From NCBI GenBank assembly GCA_043228905.1, contig JBHGNT010000020.1, forward strand, positions 2,418,001 through 2,482,000: a stretch of DNA of 64,000 nucleotides. Reading direction: 5' to 3'. This document shows, piece after piece, positions 23,993 through 33,985 of the stretch. The position numbers and the translations under genes were made by a program. The stretch comes from Azolla caroliniana. Its lineage: Eukaryota > Plantae > Polypodiophyta. The notes beneath the pieces were generated by a model that saw only the letters and a program-made list of their open reading frames with translations, ran no database searches and was not told the DNA's origin. Numbering within the stretch: position 1 is the first letter of the stretch; every line of letters starts with the position of its first letter.

Positions 23993-26900
23993 GTCCAGCC
24001 AAAATAGGAGTCATTTGGTTGGACAGCAGCCCTAGATCTGTACAGCCCATTAGTGGTTCCATTCCTTCCAAGCAAGTTAGCAATGTGTTCCTAGCCCAAG
24101 TCATTGTTAGTACTAAAAGTACTCCCCCAATACCCGTCCTAGCACTCTTAGATTCCGGAGCTAATTCTTGTTTCATGGATTGAAATTTTTCCCAAGCTTC
24201 TCAGATATCCCTAAGAAAACTTCCTTGTCCCGCATCTGTAGTAGTCATTGATGGTCATCCCATTGCTTCCGGGAATATTGTAGAAGAATCAGAACCCATT
24301 CAAGTTATCCTAGGTAGTTTTGTGTGTGTAATATCATTTAATATAATTAGTAGTCCAGAGCATCCCATTGTCCTAGGATTACCTTGGTTTGAATTACATA
24401 ATCCAGCCATAGATTGGAGAACAAGAGAAGTCCGATATCGACCACCCCAAGAATCTACTCACCGAGTTTCGACCATTTCACTCCATCAATTACGCGAAGA
24501 AGGACACAAGGAGGCAATGATCCTATTTGCAATATCAGTACATCCTTCCAGCACTATTAAGAAGGACTCCTCAGTACAACTTCCGACAAAATATCATCCT
24601 TATGCCGATGTATTTGACAAGGTAAAAGCCGGTACCCTTCCTCATCACCGTCCCTATGACTGTCCCATCGATTTACAACCAGGAACCGAGCCACCATGGG
24701 GACCAATTTACAACTTGTCACCCACCGAGTTAGAAGTCCTTCGAGCCTACATAGAGGAGAACTTGGCAAGCGGGTTCATCCGTCATTCAAAATCTCCGGC
24801 CGGTGCACCCATCTTCTTTGTCAAGAAGAAAGATGGCTCACTTCGTCTCGTCATTGATTACCGCGGATTGAATAAGGTCACCATCCGGAATAGGTATGCA
24901 CTTCCTCTTATATCAAGTCTTTTAGAGCGAGTTAATGGTGCCAAGTTTTTTACCAAAATCAATCTACGATGAGCGTATAACCTCGTGCGGATCCGACTAG
25001 GAGATGAATGGAAGACCGCCTTTCGCACGCGGTATGGGCATTTCGAGTATACTGTTATGCCGTTCGGCCTAACCAATGCACCCGCAGTCTTCCAACACAT
25101 GGCAAATGATATATTCAGAGACCTCTTGGATATCTGTTTGATCATCTATCTTGATGATCTATTGATTTATTCGAAGACCCAGCAAGAGCACAATTCTCAT
25201 GTACTATTAGTACTAAAGCGACTCCGCGAGAATGGTCTTTATGCCAAGCTAGAAAAATGTAGCTTTGACTGTAAGCAAGTGGAATTTCTAGGCTACGTCA
25301 TCTCCTCAAAGGGCATTGCCATGGATCCAGCTAAAGTCCAAATTGTACTAGAGTGGCAAATTCCACGGTCGATACGAGATGTACAATGTTTTCTAGGTTT
25401 TGCTAGCTTCTACCGTAAGTTTATACAGGATTACTCCAAGATTATCTTACCCCTCACACAACTTACGAAGAAGGGCCAAGCATTTCTTTGGTCCATTGAA
25501 GCAGATATGGCTTTTCGGCATCTTAAGAAAGCCTTTACATCAGCACCGATTCTAGCTCATGTGGATACTAGCAAACCATTCATCATGGAGGCCGATGCTT
25601 CATATTTCGCCCTTGGTAGCATCCTTTCTCAACAAGGAGATAAAGAAGAGTTGCATCCGGTGGCTTTCCATTCGCGCAAATTCGATGTTGCGGAAATCAA
25701 CTACGAAATACATGACAAGGAGTTATTAGCCATCGTGGATTCATTTGTGCAATGGCGGCATTTCTTAGAGGGCTCTCCACAGCAGGTTGTTGTCTTTAGT
25801 GATCATAAAAATCTTGCTTATTTCCAGAACGCTCGCGTACTAAATCGACGGCAAGCTCGGTGGGCGCAATTCCTCACACATTTCGACTTCAAAATCACAT
25901 ATTGACCGGGGAAACAACAAATAAAAGCAGATGCACTATCACGACGTTCATATCTTGCACCTCGTCCTGGTGATCCAACATTTGATAATCAAAAGCAAGT
26001 AATCTTGGGACCAACACGATTGCACACAACGCAGATTTTTCACACCCCGATGGATTCACGGATTACTGATGACATATGTGCAAACTTGAAGACAGATAGT
26101 TTTGCTCAAGACATCCTGGCGCACATTGATACTTCTCGGGCATCCTGTTCTCAGTCTCAACAACCAGGTATTGACTACCGACAATTTGAATATCATGATG
26201 GTTTGTTATTCTTTAAAAAGCGCGTATATGTCCCCGATTGCTCCTGTGGCCTTCAAATCGTCCAGCATTGTCACGACACCCATACGGCAGGACATTTCGG
26301 TAGTACTAAGACGTTGGAGCTAGTGCAGCGATCTTTTTGGTGGCCCCACATGCGCCGTTTTGTCGACGACTACGTTCGGACGTGTGATGCTTGCTGCCGA
26401 GCAAAGATACCACAACACCATCCATATGGCTTGTTGGAACCCTTATCGATTCCAAGTAAGCCGTGGCAGTCTATTTGTCTTGATTTTATCACAGATCTGC
26501 CGGTTTCGCAGGGGTTCGATGCTATCTTTAACCGTCGTCGATCGATATACGAAGATGGCACATTTTGTTCCGTGTACTAAGGCCATCACTAGCGAGGAAA
26601 CCGCCGTCCTAGTCATACGTGAGGTATTTCGGCATCATGGCCTCCCAGACAGTATCATCAGTGACCGAGGACCGCAATTTGTCTCCAAATTTTGGCAGCA
26701 TCTCTTCAAGATGCTCAAGGTCTCTTGCAACCTCTCCTCCGACTACCATCCTCAAACCGATGGGCAGGCAGAACGAACAAACCAAACGCTAGAGCAATAT
26801 CTCCGGTGTTTCCTGAGTTATCAACAGGACGATTGGGCCGAGATTCTCCACTTTGCGGAGTTTGCGTATAATAATGTTGTTCACTCCTCGACTCGAGTCT

Positions 26901-27562
26901 CCCCATTCTACGCTTATACCGGTTCTCATCCTCGTTGGTCGGTGATCGACACCCCAGAGCTACCTACCAATCCTCGTGCCGGGGATCATTTGGAGAGACT
27001 ACGCAAGATCCAGACAGATCTCTCGACTCATCTTCGTCATGCTCAACAGACACAGAAGACTTACGCGGATTGTCATCGGCTTCCCTCGTCTTTTGCCATC
27101 GGAGATCGAGTATGGCTCTTACGTCGTCACATGAAGACTACTCGAGCGTGCGACAAGTTGGATTATCGACGACTCGGTCCTTTCCGTATTACGGGTAAAG
27201 TTAATGATGTCACATTCCGCCTTGATCTCCCTCCGCAGCTTCAGATACATCCGGTTTTCCATTGTTCTCTTCTTGAACCTTATAAAGCAAACACCATTCC
27301 CAATCGTGTTACACCACCACCGCCCCCGCTGGAGTTGGACGTCGGCCCAGAGTATGAAGTTGTTGCCATCCTCAATTCCAAACTTATTCGCAACAAACTT
27401 TATTATTTGGTCGATTGGGTTGGTTATAGTCCGAGCGAACGCACTTGGGAACCCGTCGAGCATGTTGCCAATGCTCAGGATCTGCTTGCTGATTTCCACC
27501 GAAAGTATCCGGACAAACCCGGTCCACAATCAACGCCGACTCGTTCCACTCGTCGTCTTTAA
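23980..27562 (+). pseudogene. pol of family-T element (PR, RT, RNase H, IN, chromodomain), disrupted
   Basis: ALLDSGA, YLDDLL, EADAS, DFITDLP, SDRGPQF, GPF and chromodomain EYEVVAILNSK...YLVDWVGYSPSERTWEP. Several stops and one frameshift near 26530. Confidence 0.92.
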
Positions 27563-29544
27563 GGGGGAGATAGTGTCATGATATGGCAAGACTCGAACCC
27601 ATGACCTTATGGTATATGGGTCGAGCTCTTAACCATCACACCATCTATTGTAATTCATAAGATATTATTTTCATTTATGTTTTATTATAAGAAAGTAATG
27701 TATATTCCAGATTTCTCTGGAACATTCTAGAAGTTTCAGGATTACTCCTGACAACACTATAAAAGAAGGCACTAGGCATTATGTTGAACCAAATTGGTTC
27801 AACGCCAGTCTTAAGCCTCTCAGCCGCTTTGTACTTATCTTTTCACATAATATATTAGCTGTTGTCATCATCTTTCTCTCTCTCTCCTCTTCTCACTTCC
27901 TCTCTCGGGAATCTTACGCAGTCCCGTCCTCTTAGTACTAATAGTACTGCTCTTCTTAGTACTAATTCCATCTCTGCTTTAGTACTATTCCTGACAATAG
28001 GCTCTTCTAGAGACACATCTTCATTGGAAGATGACAAGTTTTTCCTAAACCCAGGCATTGTAAAGAGGTTGATTTGCTTTCCTTTGCCTTTCGTATTTTT
28101 GTTGTGGGACATACTGTAACAATAATGTAGAGTATCTTGGACTAGCATAATCTATGGATTCCATTTACAAGAAGGGGGAACATACATACACAGTCCATGT
28201 TTTCCAAAGAGAATAAGCAAATTAAAATACTTGGGATATATGGAAGATTTCGAGGCAATACAGGATCAAGTTTCCACTAAGGATCTTCCAATCTATCAAA
28301 AAATAAAGAAGAAAGAGGAAGGCTCACATTAGCTTACACGGACATGCAAATCCGTGTATGTAAATGTGAAAGAAATTGAGGGAACAAATATATTGCAAAT
28401 ATTATTGAAGGAAAAGATCAAGAGAAAAAAAGTAGTGTACATATAAAAACAAGAGGACAATACAAATGCAAGGTAATAATGCTCGCGGACTTTTCATGAA
28501 CCCATAAATAATTGAGTTTGAATTCATACGATGTAATAGAACATAAAATTGATTGAATATAACATGATTACCAAGAAACAAATGATAAAAAACAACAATT
28601 TTTGGAGTTAAGAGATGTGTGCAAGTCGGGAAAGGAATCTTGGAGCTAAATTTACAAGTATGAAACGTTTCACCATTTAAACGATCCATGAAAGATAAAT
28701 AAGAGTGTTAAATAACTAGACTTTCAACAATTCTCTACTAGGTACCAAAATCAACTCTCAACTTCACATTTTACAGAAGTGGTGTATATATTAAAACAAG
28801 ATGACAATACAAATGCAAGGTAATAATGCAATATACATGCCTCCTTGTGATTTATTCTTGTCTATTGTCATCATCTTTTTGCTTTTTTTGTGGTAAGATA
28901 ATTTGTTGTACATAATTCCCTCCCATTTTTCAACCTATCCTTCACTACATGTGTTTGAAATACATGTTGATTCTCATCTCAAATTTGTTGATTCATCTAG
29001 TTATATTGTAATAAGTAAATAGTATTTTAGTTTTGTCTAATTTGTTTATCATAGTAGCCCCTTGATGATGATGAAGAAGAGCAAATCTCTTCCCACACCT
29101 AGTTCCCTTACATCTTCACAACTTCATGTTCACCCATTAAAAAGAAGCGTCAAGGTTCAACCCTCTTCTCCAATGCACATACTTTGCAATGATCCCACAT
29201 CTCCAATGCACATACTTAGAATGTTCAGGAGACATTTAAGAAGTGATCAAATCACTTGATAATTGAAAATGTCATACATGAATGTTTGATTGAAAGCCTA
29301 CATTGCGATATATTGTAAAATGAATCTCTTCATTATTGTTACATTTTACGAATGATCTTAAGGTCTTATTGTCATCAAAGTACATATACGAAGCCTACAC
29401 TTATTAATATAAATATTCTAGAGTAAAAACATACAATCGAGAAGGAAAATAAACAATGTAATGGCAAGTTTACATAATTATATGAGAAAATGGATTGAGG
29501 GTACAAGACCCTAATGCTGAAAAATGTGCACTCACCCCGCAATA

Positions 29545-31020
29545 GAGAGCAGTGAATGGCGAGTAACGAGCAACTCCCAGTGAGCAGCACGTAACGAGCG
29601 GCGATCAACGAGCGGCAAGTAACACGCTGTCGTAGTGTGAAATACTATATCCGATTTAAAGTATGTATAATAAATAAAATAAAATATTAAAATAATATTT
29701 ATTACATGCATAGAGCAAGATTCAAACCTTATACCTCTATATAGACAAACCCCAACCTTACCATTGTACTAACTTATCCTTAGTGTTCTATATATAGATT
29801 TGATACCTATAAGACCTTTATTTATGCCTACCTTTATTAAAAAGGTAAGCCATGCATTTTTAGAGTGCGTGAATACTTTATTTATAAGAAAAATGTAAAC
29901 CAATAAAATATTACTCGTGCACATCTAGCGAGCATGAGCACTATATTTAGGAAATAAAAGCATAGTGTAAAAAGCAACTCATGCACATTTAGTGTGCATG
30001 AACACTTTAGAAAAAGCATGGATTGTTAAGACTCTCTCATCACTATATAAGGATGAGGAGCACAATGTAATAGGTGTGAATACTTTATTTATAAGAAAAA
30101 TGTAAACCAATAAAATATTACTCATGCAAATCTAGCGAGCATGAGCACTATATTTAGGAAATAAAAGCATAGTGTAAAAAGCAACTCATGCACATTTAGT
30201 GTGCATGAACACTTTAGAAAAAGCATAGAGTCTATCTATAGAAAAAGCATGGATTGTTAAGACTCTCTCATCACTATATAAGGATGAGGAGCACAATGTA
30301 ATAGGTGTGAAATATTTGGAAATTGGATATATTTCCTAAAACACCAATAATCAATAAACTATATTCGTGGGATTCACGAAATAATATAATACTTGTGGGA
30401 TTCACAAGGTTTTATCTCTTTTCTATTTCTACTCTAAACTATTCTAAACTATTTCAATTTATTTCTATGATTAAGATAAACTAAAACAACTCTACTTGTG
30501 GGATTCACAAGCTTCAATTAATCTATACATAACTAGACTCTTCTCAAATTCTTCCTCCTCCTAGTCCAAAACCCCAGTGGTTCCCACCCAACTCACGCAA
30601 CGATCTGGCGCCGAAAGGCACGACAGCGCAGGAATTAGCGAGTGGTGAGTGGCGAGTAACGAATGATGAGCAGCGAGTGACGAGCGGCAATCAGTGAGTG
30701 ACAATCAGCGAGTGACGAGCAGCAATCAGCGAGCAACGAGGGACAAGCAGCAATCAGTGAGCAACGAGGGACGAACGGCGAGCAGCAATTAGCAAGTGAT
30801 GAGCAGCAATCAGCAAGGAAGGAACGACGATCAACGAGTAATAAGCAACAAGCAGTGGGCAGTGGGCAGTGGGCAGTGAGCAGTGAACAATGAGTAGTGA
30901 GGAGCGTCAGCGAGTAATGAGCAACAAGTAACAAGCTACTACTAGCGAACAACGGGGAAGAGGAACGAGCAACAAGCAACGAGGAGGGATCAATGAGCAG
31001 TGAGTAGCGAGCAGGAAATC
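29545..31020. repeat. Degenerate about 7-nt-unit minisatellite (ACGAGCA/GTGAGCA/GTGGGCA type) split by a solo LTR
   Basis: Same repeat texture at 29545-29627 and 30626-31020. Confidence 0.65.
29628..30625 (+). mobile_element. Family-P solo LTR with internal about 210-bp tandem duplication including the TATA box
   Basis: TGTCGTAGTG...GGCACGACA with flanks ACGC/GCGC. GTGAATACTTTATTTATAAG...CACTATATAAGG occurs twice (from about 29869 and 30077). Confidence 0.9.
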
Positions 31021-31296
31021 AGGCGACAGAGAGGGAGAAAACAGAAAGAGGGGGAAAGTAAAACACAAAAAGGGGGGAAAGGGGGGAAAGACTAAAGAAG
31101 AATACATAAAAACTTTTTTTTTACCTTTGTTTTTTACATAAACTATATAAATAGCCGATTCAAAAAATATGAACCGGCTAGATTCTGGTTGGTAGGAAAA
31201 CCTGGCCGAAATCAATTCCAGTTGTCCCCCACCTTGGCTGGCAAAAGTCCCAACCCAATCGGAACGCTAACATTGTTCCTGGGACTTTGCCCAATA

Positions 31297-32203
31297 CTGG
31301 ATGACACCACACATCCAACTCGGAACATCGGCAATGTTCCTTTCGGCAAGGATGGTAACAACACTTGCATTAATAATGTCTTGCACATTCCTACCATAAT
31401 GGAGAATTTAGTCTTGGGCGGCCAAAATCGTGGAGCAAGGCATGCAAGTCTAGTTCAACAATGGAGGCTACTTCATAGAAAAGAAGGGTTGACGCATCGC
31501 CAAAGGACGGAGAGAAAGCTAAATGTTTATTCTTGATTCGGACGAGGTAAAGTTTTCCATGTGTGCCAAAGGTCTCAAGACCGAGACAGGTATGGAGTTG
31601 TGGCACAAGAGAATCAGCCACATCAATCTCCAACGGTTTTGGGGTATGCAGTCGAAGGGAGTCATCACCGAACTTCCCGCCTTTGAAACAAAGTAAGTCG
31701 TCAGGGTGTGTGAAGCATGTCAACTCAGCAAACAATATCACCTCCCATTCCCAAAGGAAAGACATGTAAGTAACGACCTCCTTGACGTGATCCACTCAGA
31801 TGTATGGGATCTGACTCAAACACCAAGCTACAAAGTGCATACAGGACCAGCTACAAGATGAGTGTCCGCTCAACCCCGTTCCGCATGGTGTTCGGACTAG
31901 AGGCGGTGATGCCGATCGAATTTCAGATTTCGAGCCTCCGAGTGCAGGTAAACGAGCAATTGAGCGAACTCGAGTCGAAATAGAGCCGGTTGGAGAAATT
32001 GTTGGTGTTAGAAGAGTATCCACTACAGAGCATGTTGCAACTTGAAATGGATCAGCGCCAAAGGAAATCATTTGTAGACAGGCACCGAAAAGGAAATGAA
32101 CGTTGGTTTGAAATTAGGAAGCCGACACTTGTATTTTAGAACCAGATGGGGCTTATGGCAAGCAAATTAAGGTTTCGGTGGATAGGACCTTATTGGATCA
32201 TTT
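31297..32203 (+). mobile_element. Copia protease/integrase fragment fused to a gypsy integrase C-terminal fragment
   Basis: NVLHIPTI..NLV, LWHKRISHIN and IHSDVWD up to about 31820. Then PFRMVFGLEAVMPIEFQI and KLRFRWIGPY to about 32200. Confidence 0.7.
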
Positions 32204-32540
32204 TGTTGGGAAACGGGTCCCTCCGGATGGGAAGAGCACAAGCCGAATCAGTCGAGAGCCAACTCGGTCGAGGCCGAAAATCGACTGATTGCCAATTCGG
32301 TCGAGGTTGATAGGCTAAAGCCGACTTGGGGCTATATTTGTAAATAGCCCCAAATGTGTCTATTGTGTGCTATATTTGTAAATAGTCATATATATATATA
32401 TATGGATATAAATATAGCTAGGGCAAAAGTAGTTATATGATTTTTTTGCTATTGTAACTAGTGGGCAATGAGTAGATCTTGTTCTTCGGACTCCAATCCG
32501 GCTCATGCTCTTCCCATCCAGAGGGACCGATTTCGTAACA
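32204..32540. mobile_element. Two LTR 5'-end fragments of the 21256 family joined in inverted orientation
   Basis: TGTTGGGAAACGGGTCCCTCCGGATGGGAAGAGCA at 32204 and its near reverse complement ending at 32540. Confidence 0.65.
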
Positions 32541-32611
32541 TATACAGCCTGCTCCTTTATTTCAGGTGGTTTTTCTTCTTTTTTGTTGTTGATGTTGCTC
32601 AAGTTCAAGTC

Positions 32612-33053
32612 GCTCTGATATCAGTTGTTGGAGCTTTATGAGTAACTTAGTCTGTTATAATTGAAGTTAGTCGACTTGTGCGGAATAGGATCTTGGATGT
32701 GGAGTTGGCAAACAAGTAACAAGATAGAATGTAGTGCACTCTTAATCTCATAGATGAAGATACAAAGAAAAGAAACATGGAAGAAGACAATTACACAGTT
32801 TAAGCTCAAGAAGATTGTTGCATTGCAATTCCCGTCGAACCTCGATTACAAGACTTAATCTCTCACTTTTATAGTTAGGGTAACTAAGTTATAACTGTGA
32901 GGATGTGTTTACACTAAGAGTACATATATTGGGTACCTCGATTACAAGACTTAGTCTCTCACTTTTATAGTTAGGGTAACTAAGTTATAACTGTGAGGAC
33001 GTGTTCACACTAAGAGTACATATATTGGGTAGAGTGGAACTTTTATCCCATCA
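32612..33053 (-). mobile_element. Probable 5' LTR with tRNA-iMet PBS remnant; contains a 96-bp tandem duplication
   Basis: Minus strand reads ...CCAACA AC TGATATCAGAGC, one mismatch to TGGTATCAGAGC. CCTCGATTACAAGAC...ATTGGGTA is repeated at about 32840 and 32936. Confidence 0.6.
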
Positions 33054-33273
33054 ATTTTCAATGGGAAGATTAAAAATGATACCTTATGGGGCAAGCCTCC
33101 TTTATAAAGATGCATGAATCTACGTGATTATTTTTTATGTAATCTTAGTTATGGAGAGTCAAGCACAGTTTCTCCGAAAGAAAGGCAGAGTATTCGTTCA
33201 TTCGCCCATCACACTCTTCCTTCTTCGGTTCCAAAATCATCTAGCATAAGGACCCTTCTTTCTAACAATCGGC

Positions 33274-33630
33274 AACAGTTCAGTTCGGTTCGGCTCGAGA
33301 GTGTCCAAACCTCACCGTTTAAAAATTTTGAAACCCAAACCGAACCGTTAGATAAAAAATTCGTGGTTCGGTTTTGGTTTTCAACTTAGTCAAAATTCAA
33401 ATTTTAAATTTTCAAATTTTAAATTTTCAAAATTTTAAAGATTTTCCTACAATGTGAGAATTAGGTTTGAAAATGAAAAGGTTGTTTTAAAAAAAATAAA
33501 AAACCATTAAACCATCAAACTGTGGTTTCAAACCATTAAAACCGAACCAAACCGTTAAAAAAAACTTGAACCTAAACTTGAATTGAACCGAACCGTTTAA
33601 ACCGTTAAGCCGAGGTTTCGCGGTTCCAAT
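33274..33630. repeat. AACCG/CGGTT-rich stretch, probable non-autonomous DNA-transposon remnant in the promoter region
   Basis: Dense AAACCGAACC and GGTTCGGTT motifs in both orientations. No TIR or TSD resolved. Confidence 0.45.
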
Positions 33631-33985
33631 TGTTACGTCTTTCTTTCTTTAGACTAAATTCTTTCTTTCTCCATTTCCGAAAGAAAGGCAAAGTATTTGT
33701 TCGCTCATCACATTCTTCCTTCTTCGGATCTGAAAGCATATATGGCTTGAAGGACCCTTGTCTTTGTTTCTTTCCTTTGTGGTGGTGATGGTGGACCAGG
33801 GGTAGTTTGGTAATTTCAGAAAATCAACAGGGGTATATGGCCCAGAATTAGTACATACTGATACAGCCATAGCCATGGCCATGGCCCTGCCCCTGCCCTG
33901 CTGCTGTTGGAGATCTATCTGAAGCAGAGGAGGAGAGGATATGGAAGAAGAGAGAGAGACTGAGTGACCCACTGTCTCAAAAGCC

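Larger units (their letters stand above)
22339..27996 (+). mobile_element. Full-length family-T Tcn1-like chromovirus (Ty3/gypsy); 423-bp LTRs at 22339-22761 and 27574-27996
   Basis: TG...CA LTRs differ at only about half a dozen positions by eye. Perfect TSD ATAGG. PPT AAGGGGGAGATAG. Domain order gag-PR-RT-RH-IN-chromodomain. Confidence 0.96.

Noticed and set aside
28000-29540. Possible DNA-transposon remnant continuing from 22136-22338
   Set aside because: Only weak coding-like texture and a short repeat (GACAATACAAATGCAAGGTAATAATGC at about 28456 and 28803); no supportable transposase motif.
30635-31215. Cys/Leu/Ser-rich ORFs on the minus strand
   Set aside because: They are translations of a degenerate minisatellite.
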